DNA from: Candidatus Magasanikiibacteriota bacterium
GTDB taxonomy: Bacteria; Patescibacteriota; Patescibacteriia; Magasanikbacterales; UBA922
Assembly (NCBI GenBank): GCA_018652595.1
Contig: JABIBU010000016.1
Location: 26,911 to 90,910, forward strand
Direction: 5' to 3'
DNA: 64,000 nucleotides
Part shown: positions 18,733 through 29,005 of the stretch, piece by piece
Layout of the letters: each line of letters begins with the position of its first letter
Position numbering within the stretch: the stretch's first letter is position 1
The notes under the pieces: generated by a model
What the model was told of the DNA's origin: nothing
What the model saw: only the letters and a program-made list of their open reading frames with translations
Databases searched by the model: none
Made by a program: the position numbers and the translations under genes

Positions 18733-19533
18733 TCAAGTATTAGACAATTCCACAACCCTCTCAAAAGCCTCGTTTATTACCTCTTTCCAAAGTTCTTTTA
18801 ATTTTGCTTCTTGTAAAATTTTAAGACCTGCTTCTGTCACACCACCTTTTGAAGTTACTTGCTCACGCAACTCAGATACACCCCCGCCTTTTTGCAATAA
18901 ATCATTTGATCCATCTATGGTCTGCAATAACAGCATTTTTGCATCACTCTCAGAAAAACCAAACTCTTCTACAGCTTTTAGCCACTCTTCTACTACTGTA
19001 AAGAAAAATCCCGGACCACTACCAGCCACGGCAGTTGCTTTATTTAATTTTTCTTCTGTCTCCAAAAATAATTCTTCTCCCATTGAGCTTAACAGCTTTT
19101 TAATTAGGTTCTTATCTTCTTCACCAACCTGCCCTAAACAAGTCCAGGTTGTCATAGACTTCCCTACTCTAGCACCAAGATTTGGCATAGTACGAACCGC
19201 CTTTTCAATTTCAAGATCGCCCTTTAGTTTTTTTAGACTTACACCAGCCATGACTGAGATAACTAATACATCTTGCTTTAGTGATCCTTTTATTTCTTTT
19301 GCAACTTCTAAAAAATTCTGAGGCTTGCAAGCTAGAATAGTTAGATCAGAATTTTCTACTGCCTGCCTGTTGTCTTGTAATACTTCTATACTTGTAAATT
19401 CTTGCTTCAATTTTTGTACAGACTCATCTGAATTTACTGTGGCTGTAATTTTTGCACCAGAAAAAATATTCTGACAAGCTTGCAAGAATATTTTTCCCAT
19501 TGTACCTGCTCCTATGATTGTTATTTTTTTCAT
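18733..19533 (-). CDS. proC: Pyrroline-5-carboxylate reductase
   Basis: GAGTMG, KPQ, RTMPN, GSGPG and VTSKGGVT motifs. Confidence 0.93.
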   Translation of the reverse strand: MKKITIIGAGTMGKIFLQACQNIFSGAKITATVNSDESVQKLKQEFTSIEVLQDNRQAVENSDLTILACKPQNFLEVAKEIKGSLKQDVLVISVMAGVSLKKLKGDLEIEKAVRTMPNLGARVGKSMTTWTCLGQVGEEDKNLIKKLLSSMGEELFLETEEKLNKATAVAGSGPGFFFTVVEEWLKAVEEFGFSESDAKMLLLQTIDGSNDLLQKGGGVSELREQVTSKGGVTEAGLKILQEAKLKELWKEVINEAFERVVELSNT

Positions 19534-19537
19534 AGTT

Positions 19538-20731
19538 TTATAATACTTTCTTAATTTTATTCAATGCCCAATCAATTTCTTCTCTGGTAATAACTAGAGG
19601 AGGTGCAATACGAATCACATGTTCATGAGTTTCTTTGCAAAGCAATCCCAGTTTCATAAGTTCTTCACAATAAATTCTCGCACCACCTGCATCATTATTT
19701 AATTCTACACCAATCCAAAGCCCTTGTCCACGAATTTCTTTTATTTTAGCACTATCAATTTTTCTAAGTTCTTCCATCATATATTCACCCAACACCCTAG
19801 AATTCTCTACAAGATTTTCTTCTTCAATTACTTCTAAAGCTGCCAGACCAACAACGGCTGCCACAGGATTACCACCATAAGTAGAACCATGATCACCAGG
19901 ATTAAATACATTCATATATTTGCCATCAGCAAGGACTGCAGAAACTGGATAAACCCCGCCAGACAAAGCTTTACCAACAATCAGGGCATCTGGCCTGATA
20001 TTATCATGTTCATAGCAAAATAATTTTCCAGTACGACCTAGTCCACTTTGAATTTCGTCTAGCATGAACATTATATTTTCCTCATCACAAATTTTTCTAA
20101 CCTCTCGCAAATATCCACTACCAGGAAAAATAATTCCGCCTTCGCCTTGTGCAGGCTCCAGCAATATTCCAACTGTATTTTTATTTATGGCCTTTTTCAA
20201 ATCTTCCACATCACCGAACCTTACTATCTTAAATCCTGGTGTAAAAGGACCAAAACCATCCTTATATTGCTCTTCTGATGAAAAACCAACAATGGTGGTG
20301 GTACGACCATGAAAATTTCCATCAGCAACAATAATCTCTGCCCCATTGTCTTCGACTTGTTTTTTCTTGTAACCCCATTTGCGAGCCAGCTTGATTGCGG
20401 TTTCCACTGCCTCGGCTCCACTATTCATTGGCAAACATTTTTCAAAGCCAGTCATGGTACAAATTTTCTCATAAAACAAGCCTAGCTTATCGTTACGAAA
20501 AGCGCGAGAAGTAAGAGTTAGTTGATCAATTTGTTCTTTTGCGGCTGAAATAATTTTTTTGTGGCAATGACCTTGGTTCACCGCACTATAGGCTGCAAGG
20601 AAATCCATATATTTATTCCCCTCAGTATCCCACACCCAAACCCCCTCACCCCTGGAAATCACAACATCAAGAGGTTTGTAATTATTAGCTCCGTATTTGT
20701 CTTCTAGTTTTATATAATCTTTTGAATTCAT
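19538..20731 (-). CDS. rocD: Ornithine--oxo-acid aminotransferase
   Basis: AAYSAVNQGHCH, LTLTSRAF, PMNSGAEAVE, DEIQSGLGRTG, GKALSGG and HGSTYGGNP motifs. Confidence 0.95.
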   Translation of the reverse strand: MNSKDYIKLEDKYGANNYKPLDVVISRGEGVWVWDTEGNKYMDFLAAYSAVNQGHCHKKIISAAKEQIDQLTLTSRAFRNDKLGLFYEKICTMTGFEKCLPMNSGAEAVETAIKLARKWGYKKKQVEDNGAEIIVADGNFHGRTTTIVGFSSEEQYKDGFGPFTPGFKIVRFGDVEDLKKAINKNTVGILLEPAQGEGGIIFPGSGYLREVRKICDEENIMFMLDEIQSGLGRTGKLFCYEHDNIRPDALIVGKALSGGVYPVSAVLADGKYMNVFNPGDHGSTYGGNPVAAVVGLAALEVIEEENLVENSRVLGEYMMEELRKIDSAKIKEIRGQGLWIGVELNNDAGGARIYCEELMKLGLLCKETHEHVIRIAPPLVITREEIDWALNKIKKVL

Positions 20732-20813
20732 AAAGTTAAATTAAAAATAAATAATTCTTCTCTTTCTTTGATAAACCCGAGGGAGATAAATTTGCAAACA
20801 TATTAATATAAAT

Positions 20814-20846
20814 AAAAAAACAGTCCCGAATTAATTTCGGGACTGT
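20814..20846 (-). terminator. Attenuator terminator in the rocD leader
   Basis: ACAGTCCCGAA/TTCGGGACTGT stem plus U-tract, lying between the promoter and rocD. Confidence 0.8.
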
Positions 20847-20877
20847 CTATTGAATAAAGTTAAACTAAAGCCATGGG

Positions 20878-20934
20878 CTAACTCAATAGATAGTCCATGC
20901 TTGGCGGTACAATTTGTGAATAATTATTTTTCAT
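20878..20934 (-). CDS. Putative leader peptide MKNNYSQIVPPSMDYLLS
   Basis: 18-codon ORF starting a few nt after the predicted TSS; tandem Pro codons CCG CCA; overlaps the antiterminator arm. Confidence 0.65.
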   Translation of the reverse strand: MKNNYSQIVPPSMDYLLS

Positions 20935-20944
20935 AACTACAAAT

Positions 20945-20973
20945 AGTATAAACTAAGGTTATCTGAATGTCAA
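20945..20973 (-). promoter_or_regulatory. sigma70-type promoter of rocD-proC
   Basis: TTGACA-N17-TATACT. Confidence 0.78.
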
Positions 20974-20979
20974 ACTAGT

Positions 20980-22017
20980 CTAAACCCCCCTAAACAAAGG
21001 CATACCATTACTTGCATTAGTTGGGACATAGATAGTACCTTCTCTATCTTTCAAGCTATTGATATAAAGATATTCCAAGTAGCGAGCAGTCAAACTTTGA
21101 TTGATGATCTGCTGTGCATCACGCTGACCTTCGGCTTCAATTATTTTTCTTTCAGCTTCTTTTGTTTCTTTTTGTAAAATAAAATCATATCTCTCAGCCT
21201 CTTGTTCAGCTTGCAATTTTTGTTGGATACTTCCAGCCAAATCAGTTGGCAACTCAACATGGCGCAATAGCACATCTTCCACTTCAATTCCCCTTGGTTC
21301 TAATTTTGATATTAGAGAATCTAAGATACCCTTGCTTGCTTCTTGGCGTTTTTCAGAATAAATATCTTTGGCCTCATACTCAGCAATCACCTCTCTAATT
21401 ATACTTCTAATTTGTGGACGAATAATTACCTCATCATAATTTAAACCTACATCACGATAAATATCAGATGCTTTTTCTTGTACTAGATGATAGAGAACTG
21501 TAATATCCAAATCTACACTCAAACCTTCTTTGGTAAGAGCAGAAATTACATCTGAACCATATTTTTTACCCTCACCCTGAGCTATACTCATGGTGTAATC
21601 TTGGGTCCTCACATTCATTTTAGTAATTTTGACTAGTGGATTTTTCAAATGAAAGCCAGAACTAAATTCATTGTCTTTGACTTTACCAAAGAAAGATTGA
21701 ACTCCTGTCTCACCTGAATCAACTACAACGAAAAAGGCCGTTATAAAACTTAGAAAAATTACAAGTAACACCCCCAATGTTATCCATAATCCCATCTTCT
21801 TCCCCGCCAGTGGATTTATTGTTTCCATATGCTTTGTTGGATTAGTATTTAAATTAAATTTATTTTTTAAATCATTTATTTTATTTTTATCAAAATTCTT
21901 CCAAGCCAAAAACATGGCGAGTAAAATCAAGAATCCTGACTTACTCATTATACCTAGTATAAATAATGCGATTATTATATACCAAATTTTGTCTTTTAGG
22001 TTATTTAATTCATTCAT
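20980..22017 (-). CDS. SPFH/prohibitin family membrane protein
   Basis: GETGV..FFGKV, GFHLKNP, TKEGLSV and coiled-coil EAEG. Confidence 0.88.
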   Translation of the reverse strand: MNELNNLKDKIWYIIIALFILGIMSKSGFLILLAMFLAWKNFDKNKINDLKNKFNLNTNPTKHMETINPLAGKKMGLWITLGVLLVIFLSFITAFFVVVDSGETGVQSFFGKVKDNEFSSGFHLKNPLVKITKMNVRTQDYTMSIAQGEGKKYGSDVISALTKEGLSVDLDITVLYHLVQEKASDIYRDVGLNYDEVIIRPQIRSIIREVIAEYEAKDIYSEKRQEASKGILDSLISKLEPRGIEVEDVLLRHVELPTDLAGSIQQKLQAEQEAERYDFILQKETKEAERKIIEAEGQRDAQQIINQSLTARYLEYLYINSLKDREGTIYVPTNASNGMPLFRGV

Positions 22018-22021
22018 AACA

Positions 22022-23275
22022 CTACTGTTTACTTATTTTAGCACCAACCGACTGCAGTCTCTCCACCAAATCCTCATAGCCACGTTCAATATGTTGAATT
22101 TCATTTACAATAGTAGTATTGTCTGCAACCAAACCTGCCAAAACCAGGGCAGCACCAGCACGCAAGTCTGTGGCTGAAACTTCTGCTCCAATGAAATCAA
22201 CCGGACCATTTATACTTGCCTTGTTTCCCTCCAATTTTATTTTTGCACCCATTCTATTCAATTCCAATACATGCATAAAACGATTTTCAAAAATTGTTTC
22301 TTTCAGCTCACTTTTACCATTTGTTAAACTAAGTAAAACCATGGTTTGAGCCTGTAAGTCAGTTGGAAAACCCGGATAAGGTTCAGTGCTAATTTTTACT
22401 GGTTTTAATTTTTCTAAATCAGCTTTTATTTTTAACCTATCATTGTTAAATTCAAATTCTACTCCCATTTTTTCTAGTTTTTTTATAAAACCTTTCAAAT
22501 GTTCTTTTATGACCCCTTGAATTTCCAAATCACCGTCATTTATAATTGATGCAATAATAAAAGTTCCAGCTTCAATTCTGTCAGGAATAATACTATGCTT
22601 ACATGGAATTAATTTTTCTACGCCTTGAATTTTTAATTCATCTGTACCAATCCCAGAAATATTTGCACCCATTTTATTTAAAAAACTAGACAAATCATCT
22701 ATCTCTGGCTCACGAGCAGCATTCAAAATTGTTGTTTCACCTTTTGCCTTCACTGCTGCCATGAGTATATTCTGTGTAGCACCAACACTAGGAAATGGCA
22801 ATTTAACCCTAGCGCCTACAAGTTCTACAGCTTCTGCAGTTACAAAACCATGATCCAAAACAATCTTTGCTCCTAATTTTTCAAATCCCTGCAAATGAAA
22901 ATCTATTGGTCTGGTGCCAATAGCACAACCACCTGGTAAAGATACGCGCGCTTTTTTTACATGCGCCAAAAGTGACCCCATGACAACAAAAGATGCTCTC
23001 ATTTCCTTTACTAGCTCATAGGGAGCTTCTATATCTTTTACACCGCTATTTGTTATTTTATATGAATGGTCATCTGTCTTTTCTGCTTTCAACCCAAATG
23101 TTTCCAATAATTTTATCATGGTTCTAATATCCTTCAAATCAGGAATATTATCAATACTGTACTCACCTTCGGCTATCAAAGTAGCTGCCAAAATTGGTAA
23201 AGCTGAATTTTTGGCACCATTTACAGACAAAGTTCCGTTTAATTTTCCACTGCCATTAATAACGATTTTATTCAT
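22022..23275 (-). CDS. murA: UDP-N-acetylglucosamine 1-carboxyvinyltransferase
   Basis: GAKNSALP, MRAS, LPGGCAIGTRP, PGFPTDLQ and DLRAGAAL motifs. Confidence 0.97.
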   Translation of the reverse strand: MNKIVINGSGKLNGTLSVNGAKNSALPILAATLIAEGEYSIDNIPDLKDIRTMIKLLETFGLKAEKTDDHSYKITNSGVKDIEAPYELVKEMRASFVVMGSLLAHVKKARVSLPGGCAIGTRPIDFHLQGFEKLGAKIVLDHGFVTAEAVELVGARVKLPFPSVGATQNILMAAVKAKGETTILNAAREPEIDDLSSFLNKMGANISGIGTDELKIQGVEKLIPCKHSIIPDRIEAGTFIIASIINDGDLEIQGVIKEHLKGFIKKLEKMGVEFEFNNDRLKIKADLEKLKPVKISTEPYPGFPTDLQAQTMVLLSLTNGKSELKETIFENRFMHVLELNRMGAKIKLEGNKASINGPVDFIGAEVSATDLRAGAALVLAGLVADNTTIVNEIQHIERGYEDLVERLQSVGAKISKQ

Positions 23276-23346
23276 AAAAACTTGATTTTTTGTTCTATTT
23301 ACGGTAGTATTGTATATGAAAACAATTATTTAATCAAGTAGTCACC

Positions 23347-23886
23347 ATGAGTGTAAAAATAACATATTTTGTCCACGGCACCACCACTGACAATGAAAAT
23401 GGCCTATCCACTGGCTGGGCCCAAGGAAAATTATCTGAATTGGGCATAAACCAAGCCAAGGAACTAGGCAAATTGACCAAAGATCAGCAATTTGATGTTG
23501 TTTTTTGTTCAGATTTGAATCGAGCTGTTCACTCTGCTGAGCTTGGCTTTGCCGATAAGCATAAAATAATCATAGATGAGAGACTGAGAGAATGTAATTA
23601 TGGAGACCTAAACGAAGCAAGTGAACATGATGTTATTTATGAAAACCATATTAATGAGCCATTTCCGAATGGTGAAAATTTAAAAGATGTAAAAAAACGT
23701 ATAGCAGATTTTTTGGAATTTTTAAAAAGTAATTATGATGGCAAACATATTGCAATACTCGCCCACAAAGCACCTCAATTAGCTTTGGAAGTACTATTAA
23801 ATAATAAGACCTGGGAACAGTCTATCGACACAGACTGGCGCAAAACCAAATCCTGGCAACCTGGCTGGAAATACAATGCCCAATAA
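23347..23886 (+). CDS. Histidine phosphatase family protein
   Basis: VHG motif (RHG variant), SDLNRA, LRECNYG and GE. Confidence 0.82.
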   Translation: MSVKITYFVHGTTTDNENGLSTGWAQGKLSELGINQAKELGKLTKDQQFDVVFCSDLNRAVHSAELGFADKHKIIIDERLRECNYGDLNEASEHDVIYENHINEPFPNGENLKDVKKRIADFLEFLKSNYDGKHIAILAHKAPQLALEVLLNNKTWEQSIDTDWRKTKSWQPGWKYNAQ

Positions 23887-23921
23887 TTACTCCTTATTCT
23901 TTATTTCTTTCTCCTTGTAAA

Positions 23922-25253
23922 ATGACCTATCCCAAAACAATTCTAACTCGTAAGATCCGCCTAACAATAATGGGATTACTTTTTATCTTATTTTTTGTTA
24001 TATCGCCGTTAGTTATTATGTATACTGCTGGCTATCGCTGGGATCCAGTAAGTAAGAAGATAAAGGAAACAGGAGTACTAAGTGTTAACATAGAACCAGA
24101 GGATTCTGAAGTTTTTTTGAATGATATAAAAATACAAAAAAATTTACCACTCTATCTACCAAATCGAGCACCTGGAAGTTACAGGATAAAATTAGCTTTG
24201 CCCGGATACAAAACCTGGGAAAAAGATATTGATATAGAGAGCAAAAAAACAACTTATATAAAAGACATAACGCTTTTTAAGGATAATCTACCAACAAAGA
24301 TATCTGAAACAGATGAACTAGACATAGATACTATCTATCCTTCTAATAGTGGGCGCTATATACTACTGGTTTCACAAAAAAATAATGTCTATGAAACAGA
24401 CATTTTTGATACACAGAATAAAGACTTGGAAACACTTTCACGCATCAAATCTGATTTAAAACCAGAAGTAATCTGGTCCCCTTTTGCTAATTATTTGATT
24501 TTACAGACTAAATCCGGCAAACAAACTAATTTGCAAATAATAGATACTGAAAACAATAACTCGACTTCTTATACTTTTTATTACCCGATCGAAAATATAG
24601 CATGGTCAACAAATACCTCTGAACCATTAGTGTTTGCTGAAGACAGAAATATTATCTATACCCTAGATTTAAATACCAAAAAGAAAATTACAAGCTCAGT
24701 AAATAATTCTTGGCTATTGGATGACAAACAAAATCTATGGTCAATTGATAAACAAAATAATTTGACTACTGTAATAGATGGTAAAATCACAAAGCTAGGA
24801 AATCTATCAGAAAAAATTGAAAAGATAGTTGATATAAATGAAAATAGAATAATTTTAAAAACTGATAGAGATGTGATAATTGCCAAAATAAATAATCTTG
24901 AGATAGAAAGTGTTCAATCGCTAAACACACAAGAAATTTTTTACAATCAAAATACTGATGAATGGCTCACATGGTCAGCGTGGGAACTATGGAGTATTTA
25001 TAAAAATGGCGAAACATCACTGCTCAATCGTACTGGCAATAGAATAGATCAAGTATTACCTCTAGATGAACATGGTGTGGTATTATTATCATCAGAAAAT
25101 AAAATCGTCGGCTTTAATCCGGGATATTACACAGAACATGAGCTATTCAAAAACGGCAGCATAGAAAAAGTTGGGGTAAACTTTGAAACTAGAAAAATAT
25201 TTTTCCTAGGCGAAGTGGCTGGTAAGCACGGCCTATTTGAACTAGATTACTAA
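23922..25253 (+). CDS. Membrane-anchored PEGA-domain / beta-propeller-like protein
   Basis: N-terminal TM, GYR...TG.L, PGSY and GYKTWEK. Confidence 0.75.
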   Translation: MTYPKTILTRKIRLTIMGLLFILFFVISPLVIMYTAGYRWDPVSKKIKETGVLSVNIEPEDSEVFLNDIKIQKNLPLYLPNRAPGSYRIKLALPGYKTWEKDIDIESKKTTYIKDITLFKDNLPTKISETDELDIDTIYPSNSGRYILLVSQKNNVYETDIFDTQNKDLETLSRIKSDLKPEVIWSPFANYLILQTKSGKQTNLQIIDTENNNSTSYTFYYPIENIAWSTNTSEPLVFAEDRNIIYTLDLNTKKKITSSVNNSWLLDDKQNLWSIDKQNNLTTVIDGKITKLGNLSEKIEKIVDINENRIILKTDRDVIIAKINNLEIESVQSLNTQEIFYNQNTDEWLTWSAWELWSIYKNGETSLLNRTGNRIDQVLPLDEHGVVLLSSENKIVGFNPGYYTEHELFKNGSIEKVGVNFETRKIFFLGEVAGKHGLFELDY

Positions 25254-25262
25254 GTCAAAAAA

Positions 25263-25309
25263 AATAAAAACAAAAAATTCCGTTTATAGCGGAATTTTTT
25301 GTTTTTATT
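25263..25309. terminator. Bidirectional terminator
   Basis: Long inverted repeat AATAAAAACAAAAAATTCCG/CGGAATTTTTTGTTTTTATT between convergent genes. Confidence 0.75.
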
Positions 25310-25318
25310 ATTTGTAAT

Positions 25319-26410
25319 TCATAATTCTAGTATAGTCTTATCCCCCACTATCATCTTATGACCCTCAGCCTCTTTTGTTTTTTTCTTTACAATCTTCACA
25401 CCTCTACCGATCAAACTGTCTGTAATCTGAATATCACAATTGATATCACAATTTTCCAAAATAATATTATCTCTTAATTTTGCATCTTTTACTTCGGTGC
25501 CAGAACCAATTGTAATAAATGGACCTACCTCACAATTTTCTAATACACAATTCTCACCAATAATAGCTGGGCCTGTAATTTTTACACTTTTACCAATAAC
25601 TGAACCAATACCGATTCTAACATTCCCGCTAATATCAGCACTTTCATAAATAGAACCATGATTTGGAAATTCACTTCCTTCCATTCTTTCCAAAAGCATT
25701 TTGTTAGCCAAAAGTAAGTCATCTGCCAGGCCAGTATCTTTCCACCAGCCAGTAATTTCTTTATGTCCAACCTTATAATTGTTTTTCAAAAAATGTGAGT
25801 GAATACTAGAAATTTCATACTCTCCACGCGAACTCTTTTCAATATTATCAAATGCCTTAAAAAATACTTTTGGCCCATAAAGATAAATTCCAGTCACAGC
25901 AAAATCACTTGGTGGGTTCTCTGGCTTTTCCAACACATCAATCAAATTGCCCCCCTCACAAAATACTGGAACACCAAACCGATTCGGATCAGGTACTTTT
26001 GACAACGCCAACATACAATCTTGATTCCCACTATTAAATTCATCTACCATTTCCTTTATGCTTCCAAAGATAATATTATCGGACAAATAAAATATAAACG
26101 GATCATTATCAATAAATTTTTCTGCTTCTTTTACGACATGGGCAATTCCCTGCGGTCCGCCAGTCTGCTCAAAAAATTTGATCTTAATTCCCCAATGACC
26201 ACCATCACCAATAAATTTTTGGAGTTCTGTATCACCAGGATTTACATTAATAAAAATCTCTTCCACGCCAGCCTCTACCACTTTTTCTATAGCATGAAAA
26301 ATCATCGGCTTATTGGCCAATGGCAGTAAATGCTTGTTAATCGTAGTCGTGATTGGGTAGAGCCTCGTTGCTCTCCCGCCACCTGTTAGTATTGCTTTTT
26401 TAATACGCAT
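25319..26410 (-). CDS. Glucose-1-phosphate thymidylyltransferase (long form)
   Basis: GGRATRLYP, KHLLP, RGEYEI and WWKDTG; C-terminal hexapeptide repeats. Confidence 0.88.
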   Translation of the reverse strand: MRIKKAILTGGGRATRLYPITTTINKHLLPLANKPMIFHAIEKVVEAGVEEIFINVNPGDTELQKFIGDGGHWGIKIKFFEQTGGPQGIAHVVKEAEKFIDNDPFIFYLSDNIIFGSIKEMVDEFNSGNQDCMLALSKVPDPNRFGVPVFCEGGNLIDVLEKPENPPSDFAVTGIYLYGPKVFFKAFDNIEKSSRGEYEISSIHSHFLKNNYKVGHKEITGWWKDTGLADDLLLANKMLLERMEGSEFPNHGSIYESADISGNVRIGIGSVIGKSVKITGPAIIGENCVLENCEVGPFITIGSGTEVKDAKLRDNIILENCDINCDIQITDSLIGRGVKIVKKKTKEAEGHKMIVGDKTILEL

Positions 26411-26413
26411 AAC

Positions 26414-27505
26414 CTACCAAAATATTACAAATTTAACAATTACAAAATAAAATTTCATCACCGGATTACCAACATACTTAAGTAAGGGATTCTCCATTGA
26501 TTTCTCCTGAAAATTTATTTCAGCTACAGCAATTTTTAATAAATCCTTATCCTTAATCTTTTTAATTTTCTGAATATTTTTTCTTTTACCTAGCCAGAGT
26601 TTCCAGCTAGATAATTTTAACCAATATTTATAAACCTTCACTCGTTCTTTCCACCAACCGCCTCTGAAAGCAAATAACCAAAGACCACACTCAAGAGCCA
26701 GTTCTATTGGTAAAAATAAAAGCAAAGTTGGCCATTTGAAAAACATAAGCATCACACCATATCTATTTCTTTCCATCCAGTAAAACTTCTGTATACTGCG
26801 ACTAAATTGATATTTGTGATAAAAAATTGAATCCTTTACAAGCTTTATACTATATCCAGCTACACGTAGGCGGAATGAATATTCAAGATCTTCATGATAC
26901 AAAAAGAAATCATGATCCCAATGTCCAAATTCCCGCAATAAATCTGCCCTCATCATAATTGCAGCACCACTAGCATAAGCAATATCTTTTACAGCTGGTA
27001 AATTTAATTCACTAAATCTTTCTCTATAGCCACCACAAAAACCAAAGCCCAAATACTGAAACTCGTTTCCAGTGCTATTGATATACTCAGTATCAGGATG
27101 TAATAGCATTAACGACTGTGTTGCGCCAATGGTCTTGTCAGATTCCATTGTATCAACCAGAGATTCCAAAGCGTTTGCAGCTAAAAATCCATCATTATTG
27201 TGCAAATAAATATAGTCATATCCATTTTCCAGTGCCCATTTTATTCCCTCATTGTTACCACCAGCAAAACCTAAGTTTTCTTTTTGTGACAAAATTGTAA
27301 CATGAGGAATTACATCACCTGACAATGGCATTACGTTTTCTTGTAAGTGTCGAACTGACGAGCCATATTCTGGGTGCGGATTATCCACTATAACAAACTC
27401 GACCTTATCTCGCGAATAAGTTAATTTTTTCAAAGCAGATACCACATCGTCTATGTACGGCTCACAATGGTAAGAAAGATAGATTATAGCAACTTTAGGT
27501 TTCAT
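26414..27505 (-). CDS. Glycosyltransferase family 2 (rhamnosyltransferase-like)
   Basis: NLGFAGGNN, NND, SGAA and FFLYHED motifs. Confidence 0.9.
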   Translation of the reverse strand: MKPKVAIIYLSYHCEPYIDDVVSALKKLTYSRDKVEFVIVDNPHPEYGSSVRHLQENVMPLSGDVIPHVTILSQKENLGFAGGNNEGIKWALENGYDYIYLHNNDGFLAANALESLVDTMESDKTIGATQSLMLLHPDTEYINSTGNEFQYLGFGFCGGYRERFSELNLPAVKDIAYASGAAIMMRADLLREFGHWDHDFFLYHEDLEYSFRLRVAGYSIKLVKDSIFYHKYQFSRSIQKFYWMERNRYGVMLMFFKWPTLLLFLPIELALECGLWLFAFRGGWWKERVKVYKYWLKLSSWKLWLGKRKNIQKIKKIKDKDLLKIAVAEINFQEKSMENPLLKYVGNPVMKFYFVIVKFVIFW

Positions 27506-28354
27506 TTATTTATATTTATATTTGTAATACTTATTTGTCCCTCTCCACTTCCATAGAAATTTGAACCAACTATTCAAATGGATACGAGCTAATTTATTTT
27601 TAAACAGTGCTTTGAAAATTCCAGGTACTTTTGCTGATTCCCTAGCATGAACATGTTTGATTACTATATCATGAACATAGTAGACTGGCCAGCCAATGTC
27701 CCACATACGACGACACCAATCGCAATCTTCCAAATACATAAAATATCTATCATCAAAAAAACCAATCTCATCTACCACTTCCTTGCGGACCATGATAGCG
27801 GCACCCAAAACCCAATCAACAGGCCTGGTTTCTTTGTGGTCAAAATCTTTCATCACCAATTTGTCGGCATGCTTTTTTACCCACTTATATTTTTTATCAA
27901 AATGAATTTGTTTTAATGGCTTTATCAAAATTGATGGCAAATCAAATCGATAACACGAATACTGCAAGCTCCCATCCATATTAACAAGTTTTGGTCCTAT
28001 ACAACCAATCTTTGGATGACTATCCATAAACTCAATAAGTCTTTCTATTGTACGAGAATTTTCTGGAATTACAGTGTCTCGATTTAAAGCAAAATAATAA
28101 CGTGCTTCAGTTTCTTTGAAACCATTATTGTTACCTTTACCAAAACCAACATTGCCACGTGAATCAACATACTTTACTTGTGGAAAATTTGTCATCAGCT
28201 GATTTCTAAGCCCATCACGATTTTCTGAATTATCCGCCACGGTCAACTGCACATCGTACTTGCACATTTCCAAGTCCCGAACCAAAGACTGGACAGCTTG
28301 CAGGATGTCATCTTTACATTCGTAATTTAGTAATACAATATTTAGGTCTTTCAT
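27506..28354 (-). CDS. Glycosyltransferase family 2 (WbbL-like)
   Basis: NVGFGKGNN, VDWVLGA and YFMYLED motifs. Confidence 0.9.
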   Translation of the reverse strand: MKDLNIVLLNYECKDDILQAVQSLVRDLEMCKYDVQLTVADNSENRDGLRNQLMTNFPQVKYVDSRGNVGFGKGNNNGFKETEARYYFALNRDTVIPENSRTIERLIEFMDSHPKIGCIGPKLVNMDGSLQYSCYRFDLPSILIKPLKQIHFDKKYKWVKKHADKLVMKDFDHKETRPVDWVLGAAIMVRKEVVDEIGFFDDRYFMYLEDCDWCRRMWDIGWPVYYVHDIVIKHVHARESAKVPGIFKALFKNKLARIHLNSWFKFLWKWRGTNKYYKYKYK

Positions 28355-28360
28355 ATATTA

Positions 28361-28981
28361 TTATTTGCACTTACTTTCTACTTCAGACATTATTTCAACT
28401 AAAACTGAATTAGTCACTTGGTTTCTTTTTTTAATATTATCAATAAATTCTCTTGCTCGTACATCTGTTCCGTATTGCTCGTATTCGTACGCCTTCAACA
28501 CTGCTTGTAATTTATCCATTTCTTTTAGAAGTTTGCCTTCTGGGGTGCTTTGCTCTTCAAATTCTAACCAAAGTTTCATAACATCCTCTCCTTCATTACC
28601 AAGCTTAGAACAAATCGACTCCATGGCTTTTAACTCATCTGATTTCTTTTGTGCTACTAATTGCTTCTCTTTTTCTCCGCTATAAATTACTGTAACCCTA
28701 TCACCCACATCTGGGTTACCCTCTGCCCAATCATGGATCTGAATAATCCTTATCATTCTATTTCGATCAAACTCTTTGTCTGGATCAATCTCGTCAATTA
28801 CAGATTCAAACAATGCAATCATGGAATCAGTGTGTTCTCCTACTGTTTCTGCTTTATCTTTTCCAATTCCATGATTGAGCCATCCAGTTCGAGGTACTTT
28901 ATACAAATCACCAACAGATTTTCTTGCCTGCTCAAATTCCGATGTATTAAATAGCTCAATAATTTGCTCTCTTTCTCTCAT
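28361..28981 (-). CDS. HD-domain hydrolase (YfbR/HDDC2-like)
   Basis: RTGW, ETVGEH, HDWAE, GD and DKLQ motifs. Confidence 0.85.
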   Translation of the reverse strand: MREREQIIELFNTSEFEQARKSVGDLYKVPRTGWLNHGIGKDKAETVGEHTDSMIALFESVIDEIDPDKEFDRNRMIRIIQIHDWAEGNPDVGDRVTVIYSGEKEKQLVAQKKSDELKAMESICSKLGNEGEDVMKLWLEFEEQSTPEGKLLKEMDKLQAVLKAYEYEQYGTDVRAREFIDNIKKRNQVTNSVLVEIMSEVESKCK

Positions 28982-29005
28982 ATATTTTTATATATCAATT
29001 GATTA

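Noticed and set aside
18722-19321. 199-aa + strand ORF and the many other antisense ORFs in the track
   Set aside because: Shadows of well-supported genes on the opposite strand (here proC) with no motifs
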